Numbered from the stretch's first letter, positions 47,751 to 57,233 are shown. The stretch is 64,000 nt of DNA from Terriglobales bacterium (GCA_035651455.1 DASRFR010000013.1:29741-93740), one strand, 5' to 3'. The notes: generated by a model from the sequence alone, not told the origin. A program made the numbers and translations.

Positions 47751-49844
47751 CTATATCTTTACTGGACCTGACATCTGGTTTTTAATCGATGGCTTGCCCA
47801 CCGCCTGCACGTACACCGTCCCTGCGCCCAATTGATACGAACTTAGATCGATTGAGCGCGAACCCACCGCGGCCGTGTTTATGCTATAGAGGTTCTGGCC
47901 ATCCAGAGTGTAGTAAATCGCGTAGTGGTCAACGGTGCTCTCATCTCCGCTGACCGACCACTGCAGGGCCGATCCCACCAGCGACGCCGACACTGTCAGA
48001 CAGTTATCGATGCCGCTCTCCATCTCTGTTCCCTCTTCGTAGTCGTTCCAGGTGACCAATTGCAGGATCGGGAGCTGCATGCCGCTGCTGTAATAGCTGT
48101 TGATTTTGGAAAATGTTTCCAGCCAGGTCTGCCCGCATTGTTGCCCCACAACGCGTCCCAAGCCCCAGGAGGCCAGGGTGTCGTTGAATCCTTTGTAACC
48201 TGCGCCCCATGCCATCTTTTGTTGCGCTTGCATAGCGGCGTTGTAGAAGTTGGTCAGATAGTCCATACCATACTGGGTTGACGTAGCATTCATCCACGAA
48301 TAACTGCCGCTGGTAATCGTGTGGGTGAAGCCGTCCGGGTTTTCAAAAATCCATGCGATGTTCGGCGATGTAGCCGCTTGGATGGCATTCCAATCCAGCG
48401 TGTAGTGCAAGTCCAAGTCAAACTCGGTGATAATCGGGTTACCATTCAGCCTGGCATATGCTGGGGAGGTCGCATAGTTATCGAGCACGTAGTTAGTAAG
48501 ATAAATCATCGTCTGTTGCGGATTGCAACCAGGGCACGGGCTGATGCTGACCGCGCCTTTGTCGATCATGATAATGACCTTGAATCCTGGATGTGCCTCA
48601 GCGGCTGCCAGCCAGGCCAGGGTGGTCGGCTCGGTCGCATCCGCGGGACCGTACCAGTCAATCACCACTCCAGTTGCGCCGCGGCTGACCATGTCATTCA
48701 GTTGCTTGGACACTTGGGCGGGATCCCACGATGTGTAACCTACCTGCATGTGCCGCGGGTCGCCGAACCAGGGCTGCAACTCTGCATAAATTTCTGTGTT
48801 GTTTCCTGAATACAACAAGGTGTGAATGTCGACCTTACTTACATTCGTCGCTCCCAGATTACCATTGCTTTGCGAGAGGAATGAGTTAGCCGCACTGGTA
48901 TTATTGGAAGTCTGGTCGGATAAGGTGGTCGTGGGCGCTTGTACTGTCAGTGGAACATGGCCAACCGCGGTTCCCCCACAGTTATCCCATTCCTGCACCA
49001 CTGTGTCGTAAGTGCCGGGGCTCAACGTGAGAACTGCGTCCAACTTGCTGCCTTGAACCTGGTATGCGAGCTGATTGGACGAAGGATAAATTCCCATGCT
49101 GGATACGCCTTGTGGGCAGGTTGTGGTCGCCGTTGCCGTATAGTGAACCGACGTGCCATAGATGTTGTTGAATGTCGGGGCGCTGACCGATACGCTACCC
49201 GTCCCTTGTTCTTGTACGTTGAAACTGACGCTGGCGCTAGCGGTTCCCTGGCAGTTATCAGACTCCTTAACCGATGTGTTATAAGTGCCGGGTGGCAAGG
49301 TGAGGACGGCATCGAGCTTTCCGCCCATCGATTGGTAAGCAAGATGGTCGGGCGTTGTATAAATCGACAGGCTTCCCACGCCGCTTGGACAGTTAGTTGT
49401 AGCGGTTGCGACGTAGTGCACAGATGATCCAAGGACCGCATTTCCAGCCGGTGAGGTAACACGTACGCTGGCCCCTGACTGACTTTTCAGGCTAAAATTT
49501 ACCTTCGCCGCTGCGGTTCCACCGCAGTTATCCCACGCCTGCACAGTCGTGTTATAAGTTCCCGGCGATAAGCTGATCGTAGTGTCGAGAGATCCACCTT
49601 GCACCTGGTACGCGGGATCGCTTCCTGCGGTGTAGACGGCCATTCGTGCGACACCTTGCGGACATCCGCTTGTGGCGTTTGCCACGTAGTGAATCGCCGA
49701 TCCAAAAACTGTGTTGCCGGTAGGCGCCATAACAGTAATTGCGCCCATGGAAGATGTTGAATTGCTCAGCGATGAAGTTCCGCCACACCCAATCAGGACG
49801 GCGGACACGAACATGAAGGGCAGGAGAGAACAGATTCTCTTCAT
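47751..49844 (-). CDS. lipoprotein with three tandem Ig-like repeats and a C-terminal GH71/GH99-like glycoside hydrolase-type domain
   Basis: The lipobox is LIGCGG. Three repeats of about 90 aa each carry two Cys. The C-terminal domain has DWYGP and VTWNDYEEGTEME, which resembles the WNDY.ES / FNEWHEGT.IE motifs of GH71/GH99. The family call is tentative. Confidence 0.6.
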   Translation of the reverse strand: MKRICSLLPFMFVSAVLIGCGGTSSLSNSTSSMGAITVMAPTGNTVFGSAIHYVANATSGCPQGVARMAVYTAGSDPAYQVQGGSLDTTISLSPGTYNTTVQAWDNCGGTAAAKVNFSLKSQSGASVRVTSPAGNAVLGSSVHYVATATTNCPSGVGSLSIYTTPDHLAYQSMGGKLDAVLTLPPGTYNTSVKESDNCQGTASASVSFNVQEQGTGSVSVSAPTFNNIYGTSVHYTATATTTCPQGVSSMGIYPSSNQLAYQVQGSKLDAVLTLSPGTYDTVVQEWDNCGGTAVGHVPLTVQAPTTTLSDQTSNNTSAANSFLSQSNGNLGATNVSKVDIHTLLYSGNNTEIYAELQPWFGDPRHMQVGYTSWDPAQVSKQLNDMVSRGATGVVIDWYGPADATEPTTLAWLAAAEAHPGFKVIIMIDKGAVSISPCPGCNPQQTMIYLTNYVLDNYATSPAYARLNGNPIITEFDLDLHYTLDWNAIQAATSPNIAWIFENPDGFTHTITSGSYSWMNATSTQYGMDYLTNFYNAAMQAQQKMAWGAGYKGFNDTLASWGLGRVVGQQCGQTWLETFSKINSYYSSGMQLPILQLVTWNDYEEGTEMESGIDNCLTVSASLVGSALQWSVSGDESTVDHYAIYYTLDGQNLYSINTAAVGSRSIDLSSYQLGAGTVYVQAVGKPSIKNQMSGPVKI
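48930..49745 (-). repeat. three tandem coding repeats of about 270-276 bp (Ig-like modules)
   Basis: Protein residues 34-123, 124-215 and 216-305 align along their length. Shared segments are ...HY.A.AT..CP.GV......Y.....AYQ..G.KLD..L.L.PGTY.T.V...DNC.GTA.... Confidence 0.7.
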
Positions 49845-50276
49845 GAACCGCGACCTCAGGTTTTGTTGGAATCAGAAAGCCCCGTCTGGCTCGCCGAACT
49901 TCGGAGCGTTCGTTGGTGAGTATGTTAGCTGGGCTTCAGTAAGTCACGTTACGAAAGACACCCTTCTGTGTGCGCTGTGTACTTGCTAAGTTATGACCTT
50001 CTGTGAGTCTCTGAACTAAGTCAAACACCTTAGTGCGTTTTACTTAGCAGTCGATAGTGGGAGCTGCCGGCCAAGCACTTGCTTTTGAGAACAGTGGCTC
50101 CCCGCGGGCAACGCGGAGGAATACCCAGAGCTCATAAGTTGCCGCCATAGTTGCCAATCAGCCGCGTGAAGCGCTGTGCGCCACTAATCCGTCCTCGCCA
50201 GAACACGCGTCCCTGGAATTGAGAACTGCAGCGAAGGCGCGGATGATCGCGTGGGACGATTCGCTATCATGGGAGC

Positions 50277-50742
50277 GTGACAGATATTCTCGTCAGGCTC
50301 GCGCAGCCATCAGATCGCGACCAATTGGTGCGCATGCGGATGGCGCTGTGGCCCAAATCTTTGCCGGAAGAACATGCCCTGGAACTCACCGGCGATTCTC
50401 GACGGCAGGCCTCAGGTGGCCCTGCCGCTGATCACTTTGGCCGCCGAGGCGAGTGATCGGATGTTGGTCGGTCTTCCGGAAGCCGACTTGCGCTCACATG
50501 CGGACGGCTGTGACCCGGCGCGCCCGGTTGGCTATGTCGAAGCTTGGTACGTTGCTGAAAAGTATCGCCAGCGAGGAATAGCTAAGAAACTTTTGGCGGC
50601 GGAGGAAGACTGGGCGCGAAGTCAAGGGTGCATTGAGATGGCGTCCGATACCTGGATTGATAATTTGGTGTCGCAACGCGTGCACGAGTCGTTAAGCTAC
50701 GAGGTTGTAGACCGCTGTGTGCATTACCGGAAGACGCTATGA
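50277..50742 (+). pseudogene. AAC(6')-like GNAT N-acetyltransferase, interrupted by a +1 frameshift near 50388-50395
   Basis: The N-terminal part (GTG 50277) reads TDILVRLAQPSDRDQLVRMRMALWPKSLPEEHALEL in one frame. The rest, ILDGRPQ...VGYVEAWYVAEKYRQRGIAKKLLAAEEDWARSQGCIEMASD..., is in the +1 frame. Neither frame alone gives a complete GNAT. Confidence 0.6.
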
Positions 50743-50898
50743 GATGCAACACTGCGCGCTGACTCTAGATTTTGATCGGCAATCCGGCGGCTGATAGCGT
50801 TCCCCTGCCTAAGCGATATGACACACTAAATTGCCCCCCGGCACGCATTTCAGCAATACCCCATTAGTCCGCATCGATACCTCCCGACAGTTACACAG

Positions 50899-50926
50899 TT
50901 GACACGTGCGGAGAGTCTGTTACGAT
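50899..50926 (+). promoter_or_regulatory. candidate sigma70-type promoter
   Basis: TTGACA, a 16-nt spacer and TACGAT, about 50 nt upstream of the ATG at 50977. Confidence 0.25.
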
Positions 50927-50976
50927 TGCGCCGCTCCAGAACGTCCCATTCCAAATCAGAATTCAGGAGATGCGCC

Positions 50977-51747
50977 ATGCGCAAACCACATCTGTGGGTT
51001 GCAGTCTTGTGTCTCGTCATCACCGCCATCACTGTTGCTGTCGCGCAAACCGCGACGCCAGACATGGTCTGTGAAGTCCACGTCAACGAAGTCAAACCCG
51101 GTATGATCGCGCAATACGAGCAAGGCCGTGCCAAGCATATGGCGTGGCATAAATCGCAGAACGACACCTGGTCGTGGAACACGTGGGAAATCACCACTGG
51201 CGAACATTCCGGTGACTACCTCATCAGTACCTGTGGCCACCCTTGGAAGGATTTCGACGGCCGCGACAAGTTCAACGCTGCCGACGCCGCCAACGCGAAT
51301 ACCACGATGGGCGCTTACCTGCAGCACGATGTCGTTACTTATTACGTGCTGCGACCCGAGCTGTCGGATCCCGTCAAGCCCGAGCTCCCGCCTTACCTGA
51401 GCGTGATCTTCTTCCACCTGAAACCCGAAGGAGTCAGCGACTTTAGAGATGGCGTTAAGCAGGTGAACGAGGCCTTTCAGAAGACCAATACACCGCGCAT
51501 GCCCGGATACTGGTACACGCTTGCGAACGGAGGCTCTGGCCCGGAAATGGTTCTCGTGCAAGAACGCAAGACTATGGCCGACATGGGAGGAGCAAGCCCC
51601 AAAACGCTGGACGAAATGATGAAGGAGGCTTACGCCGACCAGGGCGCCGCCACCATGACGTCCCTTCGCAAAGCCTATTACCGGAGCGAGTCCGAACTTC
51701 TGCACCATCGCCCCGACCTCAGCTATGTGGTGCCAGCATCGAAGTAA
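50977..51747 (+). CDS. secreted hypothetical protein (possibly two tandem ferredoxin-like alpha/beta halves)
   Basis: The ATG at 50977 is preceded by CAGGAGA. The signal peptide is MRKPHLWVAVLCLVITAITVAVAQ. I could not assign a family. Confidence 0.55.
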   Translation: MRKPHLWVAVLCLVITAITVAVAQTATPDMVCEVHVNEVKPGMIAQYEQGRAKHMAWHKSQNDTWSWNTWEITTGEHSGDYLISTCGHPWKDFDGRDKFNAADAANANTTMGAYLQHDVVTYYVLRPELSDPVKPELPPYLSVIFFHLKPEGVSDFRDGVKQVNEAFQKTNTPRMPGYWYTLANGGSGPEMVLVQERKTMADMGGASPKTLDEMMKEAYADQGAATMTSLRKAYYRSESELLHHRPDLSYVVPASK

Positions 51748-51948
51748 CTGTGAATGATGCATCACCGAGCTATTCAAAGTGCGCTGCTCAGAAAGCCTTG
51801 TTGGGCAGCGCACCAGCTCCGCGGACGAACTTGCCCCTGACTCCTCATTTCTATTACCCTGCGCGCCAGCTCGCGGTTCCACACTATCGCTGTCTTTAAG
51901 AGCGGCCCATCGTAGCTGTCATCAGCTCGCCACTCTACCCGCGCTATA

Positions 51949-52419
51949 ATGGCGCGCACCATCGCCTTGACTTCCGGCACGACGCTTGGCCCATAAGAAA
52001 TTCAGTCGCCGCTCGGTGCCGGTGGTATGGCTGAAGTCTATCGGCCTCGGGACAGCCGGCTCGACCGAAGCGTGGCGATCAAATCCTCCCGGAGTGCGTA
52101 AACTCACCGGGACTTTCGCTCGCAATTGGCGCAAATGCTTGTCAATCTCTCGGCGCTGCGAGCGGCCACTCCCGCGGTTACCCAGCAAGGAACGATCGTC
52201 GGTACCTTTCAGTACATGGCGCCGGAAGTCCTTCAGGGTAACGAGTCCGATGTTCGCAGTGGCATCTTCGGCTTCGGTTGCACTTTGTACGAAATGGTGA
52301 CTGGACGCAAGGCGTTTGAAGGCAAGTCACAACTTAGCGTCATCCTGGTTCATTCCATAAGGGAAAGTACAGCTCCTGTAATACTCGTCGTCATCTGGGA
52401 TTCAACTATAGGTAAGTAG
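51949..52419 (+). pseudogene. Ser/Thr protein kinase remnant (nonsense codons, internal deletion, C-terminal truncation)
   Basis: The frame reads MARTIALTSGTTLGP-TAA(51994)-EIQSPLGAGGMAEVYRPRDSRLDRSVAIK...TAA(52099)...GTIVGTFQYMAPEVL...GCTLYEMVTGRKAFEG. The Gly-loop/VAIK motif and the APE motif are only about 50 codons apart. No HRD or DFG motif is in frame. Confidence 0.65.
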
Positions 52420-52656
52420 CGGCGCCCTCTTTGCTGCGAGGCCATCGTTCGCCCCGGTTTTGGCCAGCATTCATGCCCCCTACTGTTTTCCTCAGCTATC
52501 GCATGCCAGCTCCATGTAGCTGTTGACAAGAAGCATCGGCAATAGCAAAATCCCTGCCTCTTCAATTCGTGTTCGAAAATACCGGCCGCGCCTCTACCGG
52601 CCCTCCCCGGGAGATTTTGCCGGTGTCAGGCGTCCAACGTCTCTTAGGAGGAACCG

Positions 52657-54465
52657 ATGCCCCCACATCCCACGCGTACTCTCTTTATCTCAATCCTGCT
52701 GACCTGCACGTTTGCCGCCGCGCAGAATCAAAATGCGCCCACTAAATTCAATGAGGCCACCGTTGCGGAACTCCAGGCCGCGATGGCCGCCGGCCAACTC
52801 ACTTCCGTACAACTGACGCAGTTCTATATCGCCCGCATCATGGCGCTCGACCAAAGCGGTCCGAGAGTAAATTCAGTCATTGAGCTCAACCCCGACGCTC
52901 TGGAAATTGCGCGCCAGGCTGACGCTTTGCGCAGGCGCGGCATCGTGCTCGGGCCGTTGCACGGAATCCCAGTGCTGCTTAAGGGCAACGTCGATACCGG
53001 CGACAAGATGCAAACTACTGCGGGCTCGTTCGCGCTGCTCGGTCAGCCGGCACTTGCCGACTCCACAGTAGCCGCCAACCTTCGTGCAGGTGGCGCGGTG
53101 ATCCTGGGAAAAACGAACCTGTCCGAGTGGGCAAACTTCCGGTCCTTCGAATCGGTTAGCGGATGGTCCGGCTGGGGCGGACAGACCAACAATCCCTATG
53201 GCATCGCTCGTAATCCTTGCGGCTCCAGTTCAGGATCAGGTGCGGCCGTGTCGTCTAACTTCGCCGCAGTTTCATTCGGCACGGAGACCGATGGCAGCAT
53301 CGTCTGTCCCGCCAACGCTAACGGAGTGGTCGGCATCAAGCCCACCGTCGGTCTGACCAGCCGTGCCGGGATCGTTCCGATCAGCCATATCCAGGACACA
53401 TTTGGCCCCCATGGCAGAACCGTGGCGGACGCGGCTGTGGCCCTGGGCGTTGTGCAGAGCCGCACGTTTGATGGTCGAGATCCCGCGACCGGTGGTGTCC
53501 CTCTGGGATGGCTGGGGCGGTTCAAGCGTCCCACCAACATTCCTACCAATTACACCAAGTTCCTGGATCCCAACGGCCTCAAGGGCGCACGGCTGGGCCT
53601 CACGCGCCTCGGATTGAATGGCTTTGATCCACTAGTTCCAACCCCGCTGCCGGTGATCCGAGCTTTCGAGACTGCCTTCAAGGCGCTTAGCGACGCAGGA
53701 GCGACTGTCATTGACCTGGACGCCGAGGGTTTCAAATTTCCCAACGGTGGCTCGGGTCCGGGCGAGTTGCTGGTGCTGTGTTTCGATTTTCGAAACGACG
53801 TACAGGCGTACTTCGCTACACGCGTCGGCGTCCCCATGGCGGGTAAGACTTTGAACGATGCCATCGCGTTTAATCAAGCCCATGCGGATGTCGAGATGCC
53901 CTTCTTCAATCAGGACATCTGGGACTTAATTGCAACCATGCCAACCGGCCCCGATGATCCGCAGCCCGCTTTCGGCGGTATTTCTTACAATCAGGCTGTC
54001 GAGGAAGACAAGGACTTTGGGGTGAAAGGTATTGACGCGGCGCTGACACAGTTCAACCTCGACGCAGTGGTCACTGTTACCGACAACCCGCCGTGGTCCA
54101 CCGATCTGATCTTTGGAGACCACTTCCTTTTTGGTTCATCGGGCTTGGCTGCGCCAGAAGGTTATCCGATCGTGCAAGTGCCGGCCGCCATGGTGTTCGG
54201 AGCGCCTATGGGGATCAGCTTCTTTGGGACCGCGTTCAGCGAGCCCATGCTGATCAAACTGGCATCAGGTTTCGAAGCTTTTACCCAGGTGCGCAAGCAC
54301 AATCTGCCCACCTTCGCGCGAACCGTGCCTTTCCACCATATTTCTGGTACAAAGTTGCATCCGTCGCTTACCGTGCCTCCAGCCAATGGTGGAGCCCAAG
54401 CGGCACAGCCTTCCGACGCAAAGCCGGACCTAAGCAAACAGCACAAGCTACTGCACAACTTGTAA
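52657..54465 (+). CDS. amidase-signature family amidase, secreted
   Basis: It has a signal peptide (LLTCTFAAAQN), the AS motif GSSSGSGAAV and the catalytic K...S-S pattern. Confidence 0.85.
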   Translation: MPPHPTRTLFISILLTCTFAAAQNQNAPTKFNEATVAELQAAMAAGQLTSVQLTQFYIARIMALDQSGPRVNSVIELNPDALEIARQADALRRRGIVLGPLHGIPVLLKGNVDTGDKMQTTAGSFALLGQPALADSTVAANLRAGGAVILGKTNLSEWANFRSFESVSGWSGWGGQTNNPYGIARNPCGSSSGSGAAVSSNFAAVSFGTETDGSIVCPANANGVVGIKPTVGLTSRAGIVPISHIQDTFGPHGRTVADAAVALGVVQSRTFDGRDPATGGVPLGWLGRFKRPTNIPTNYTKFLDPNGLKGARLGLTRLGLNGFDPLVPTPLPVIRAFETAFKALSDAGATVIDLDAEGFKFPNGGSGPGELLVLCFDFRNDVQAYFATRVGVPMAGKTLNDAIAFNQAHADVEMPFFNQDIWDLIATMPTGPDDPQPAFGGISYNQAVEEDKDFGVKGIDAALTQFNLDAVVTVTDNPPWSTDLIFGDHFLFGSSGLAAPEGYPIVQVPAAMVFGAPMGISFFGTAFSEPMLIKLASGFEAFTQVRKHNLPTFARTVPFHHISGTKLHPSLTVPPANGGAQAAQPSDAKPDLSKQHKLLHNL

Positions 54466-54492
54466 TTCACTCTGGACTCGCTGACAACCGGG

Positions 54493-54515
54493 GGGCGCAC
54501 TTCCAAGATGCGCCC
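54493..54515. terminator. stem-loop downstream of the amidase gene
   Basis: GGGCGCA-cttccaaga-TGCGCCC, located 28 nt after the stop. There is no T-tract. Confidence 0.3.
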
Positions 54516-54693
54516 TCCAACACCCGCTGCAGTCTGCCCTCAGAGTTGAAGGCTTGGTCCATCGGCGAACGGAGGATCTTAGTTCTAAGTGGTGGTCAGC
54601 GAACAGCCCCGATCACGCTCAGAATGGCGCGTGGTAGGCGCGGGCGAAGTGTAGCTTAACGCGTGATTTCGTCAAAACCGCTTTGCTTTCTTG

Positions 54694-55908
54694 CTACTGC
54701 TTCCCTTTTAGCATCTCCAGGACCCTGTCGAAGTCTTCCAGTGTCGCGTACTCAATCACAATCTTGCCTTTCCCCTTGCGGTCGCGGATACGAACCCGCA
54801 CTCCCAACACACTCTCTAAGTCGCGCTGCGCCTGCCGCACGTTAGGATCGACCCATCGTGCTCCCCGGGGCGCCGAAGTGCTTCCGTCTTGCGGGACCTT
54901 GGTCAGAAACACCAGGTCTTCCAACTGTTCCACCGACATGTGCTTGTTGACCGCCGCCTCGGCGCACTTCAGAATCTGTTGCGGGTCTGGCAATGTCAGC
55001 AGAACCCGGGCCTCGCTAAATCCCAGCCGCCCCTCGAGCAGGTAGTGCTGCACCATCTCGGGTAATTTCAGCAGGCGCATGTAATTCGAAACGCTCTCCC
55101 GCGAAATGCCGACTTGCTTCCCGATCTGCTCCTGGGTCAAGTGGAAATCCTGGCTGAGCCGCGCGAAGGCCTGTGCCTGCTCATAACAATTCAGGTCCTG
55201 CCGCTGCAGATTCTCTACAATCGTCATCTCGGCCGCTTGTTGGTCCGAGACGTGACGCACCAGGGCGGGAATGCGCTCCTTGCCCGCGATCCGCGCCGCC
55301 TTCGTACGCCGTTCGCCAGTAATAAGCACGTAGCGCCCGTCGCTGCCCGGACGCACCACGATCGGCTGAATCACCCCATTGGCTCGGATCGATTCGGCCA
55401 ATTCCTGCAGCGCGGTTTCGTCCAGCCGTGTTCGGGTCTGGTACGGATTCCCCTCGATCTTGTCCAGCGGGAGATCGACCACAAGATGGCCTTCGCCCCG
55501 CCGTGCAGCCTGTGCCTGCATCTCGGCAACCACCGTTGCGGGCGCGGCTGTCGGCTCGTTTGCACTCGCGCCGTCGGGTATCTGACCGCTGAGGCGCTCT
55601 GCGGAAGTGGCCTGAACGTTCGCTGCCGACTGCGCCATGGTGTCCCCGACCGCTGCGCCCGGAACCATGCCTGCACCTGTCGGAGCTGTCGCGCTCTTCG
55701 ACAAGCCCGTTCCCCCGCTGATAACGCGTGGGCCGCCCGGTAACAACGCTCCAAGTCCTCGACCCAGGGCCTTCCGTTTGTCAGGAACAGTTTTCTCCAA
55801 ACGCGCGATTTCCCGCACCGGCTGCTTCCCCGCGTCCGTCTCTTCTTTGTTAGCTTCGATCACCACCGTATTTTCCCCTGCCATAGTCTCCGCCACCCGG
55901 GATTCCAT
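54694..55908 (-). CDS. parB: chromosome partitioning protein ParB (Spo0J) with a long low-complexity linker
   Basis: It has the N-terminal KALGRGLGALL motif, ParB boxes (NPYQTRT, GVIQPIVVRP, ITGERR) and an HTH. About 85 Ala/Gly/Thr-rich residues lie between the first motif and the ParB box. Confidence 0.9.
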   Translation of the reverse strand: MESRVAETMAGENTVVIEANKEETDAGKQPVREIARLEKTVPDKRKALGRGLGALLPGGPRVISGGTGLSKSATAPTGAGMVPGAAVGDTMAQSAANVQATSAERLSGQIPDGASANEPTAAPATVVAEMQAQAARRGEGHLVVDLPLDKIEGNPYQTRTRLDETALQELAESIRANGVIQPIVVRPGSDGRYVLITGERRTKAARIAGKERIPALVRHVSDQQAAEMTIVENLQRQDLNCYEQAQAFARLSQDFHLTQEQIGKQVGISRESVSNYMRLLKLPEMVQHYLLEGRLGFSEARVLLTLPDPQQILKCAEAAVNKHMSVEQLEDLVFLTKVPQDGSTSAPRGARWVDPNVRQAQRDLESVLGVRVRIRDRKGKGKIVIEYATLEDFDRVLEMLKGKQ

Positions 55909-55990
55909 AGTTCAGCTCGCTAACGTTAATTGCCTGGCGGGCTCGCCGTTTGTCCGCCCCCAATGCCGCCGTGCAAGGGCGTCTTTTCGC

Positions 55991-56028
55991 TATATCGACG
56001 TACATAAATATTGATGTACATAGATATA
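55991..56028. repeat. imperfect inverted repeat in the parA-parB spacer, made of two overlapping copies of the 22-bp palindrome motif
   Basis: TATATCGACGTACAT-aaatattg-ATGTACATAGATATA, with 13 of 15 arm positions complementary. It ends one base before the parA stop codon. Confidence 0.6.
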
Positions 56029-56841
56029 TTAAGCGCTCTTGCTGGCCGCGTCTGCCTGTTCTGCCGCAATCGACGCAGGCTTGTAGTGCGAGATGATCTC
56101 TTTCGCCAGCCGTATGTAACTCTCCGCCCCTTTGGATCGCACGTCGTACACCAGCGCCGGCTTCCCATGGCTGGGCGCTTCTGCCAGCCGGATATTGCGC
56201 GGTATGGTTGTCTGGCATAGCTTGTCGCCAAAATACTTCTTCAGTTCGGCGGTCACTTGCTGCGCCAGGTTCGTGCGCTCGTCAAACATAGTCAGCACCA
56301 CGCCCTCGATGCTGAGGTCTGCATTGAAGCTCGCGCGGATCCGCTCCACCGTATCGAGCAGCTCGCTGATACCTTCCAATGCGAAGTACTCCGCCTGCAT
56401 TGGGATCAATACCGTGTCGGCAGCTACCAGCGAATTGAGCGTTAGAAGGTCGAGCGCCGGCGGGCAATCGAGCACGATGAATTCGAACCTCTGATAAATC
56501 GGCGCCAGTGCATACCGCAAGCGGTACTCGCGCTCCGTGGCATCGACTAACTCGATGTTTGCACCCAGCAGATTCTTGTGCGCCGGAATAATCCAGAGCT
56601 GTTCGAGCTCGGTCTTCTGCAGCGCCTCTTCGGCGAAGGCCTCGCCCATGAGCAGGTGATAAGTATTGAGGCGGTCAGGATCCTTGGTCAGACCTACGCC
56701 ACTGGTGGCGTTCGATTGCGGGTCGCAGTCGATGAGGAGCGTATTCACTTCCGCCGCGGCAAACGACGCAGCGAGGTTGATGGCGGTCGTAGTCTTGCCG
56801 ACGCCACCCTTCTGGTTGGCTACCGCGATAACGCGTCCCAT
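56029..56841 (-). CDS. parA: chromosome partitioning ATPase ParA (Soj)
   Basis: It has the deviant Walker A NQKGGVGKTTTAINLA. At 270 aa, it lies directly upstream of parB. Confidence 0.9.
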   Translation of the reverse strand: MGRVIAVANQKGGVGKTTTAINLAASFAAAEVNTLLIDCDPQSNATSGVGLTKDPDRLNTYHLLMGEAFAEEALQKTELEQLWIIPAHKNLLGANIELVDATEREYRLRYALAPIYQRFEFIVLDCPPALDLLTLNSLVAADTVLIPMQAEYFALEGISELLDTVERIRASFNADLSIEGVVLTMFDERTNLAQQVTAELKKYFGDKLCQTTIPRNIRLAEAPSHGKPALVYDVRSKGAESYIRLAKEIISHYKPASIAAEQADAASKSA

Positions 56842-56988
56842 TCAGATTTTGGAGAGTCCAGAGATGGGCGCAGCATAATTCGATTCGCTTTGCGATTGCA
56901 AGAAACAATCGCTATGGATCGCAATAAAGTTGTTCAAAACCCGGACGTAATCAACGAATGAGTTTGCCAGGTATCACGTTCTCACAGA

Positions 56989-57004
56989 TGTTCCACGTGG
57001 AACA
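56989..57004. promoter_or_regulatory. parS centromere site (perfect palindrome)
   Basis: TGTTCCACGTGGAACA, compared with the Bacillus-type consensus TGTTNCACGTGAAACA. Confidence 0.8.
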
Positions 57005-57069
57005 CCCGAATCGTTACTTGTAAAGTCGAGGGCCCGGTTTTTCCGACTTGAGATCTATTCTCCGAGGGA

Positions 57070-57085
57070 TGTTCCATATGGAACA
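57070..57085. promoter_or_regulatory. parS-like site with the central CG changed to TA
   Basis: TGTTCCATATGGAACA is still a perfect palindrome. Confidence 0.6.
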
Positions 57086-57141
57086 TTGGACAGAACCCGG
57101 GGTTGGACGTCGTGACTCGGGGAGCAACGGACGCGCTCAGA

Positions 57142-57157
57142 CGTTCCACATGGAATG
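57142..57157. promoter_or_regulatory. degenerate parS-like site
   Basis: CGTTCCACATGGAATG has 4 mismatches to the local perfect site. Confidence 0.35.
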
Positions 57158-57233
57158 TCGCGGCCTTGAGCGCCCTCTCTGGCAGGAGACGTAGCGGACT
57201 AGATCGAAGATTCCGACATCGGAACGGAAGCAG

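Noticed and set aside
48930-49745. Tandem repeats of about 270 bp, considered as a CRISPR-like or satellite array
   Set aside because: The repeats are far too long and too diverged, they have no spacers, and they lie in frame inside a 697-aa ORF. They are coding Ig-like module duplications.
50956-51882. 308-aa minus-strand ORF, with similar long antisense ORFs at 20156..20989 and 46272..46973
   Set aside because: Each lies opposite a gene with a clear signal peptide or family motifs (a secreted protein, prs and the aminotransferase). Their composition is typical of antisense frames.
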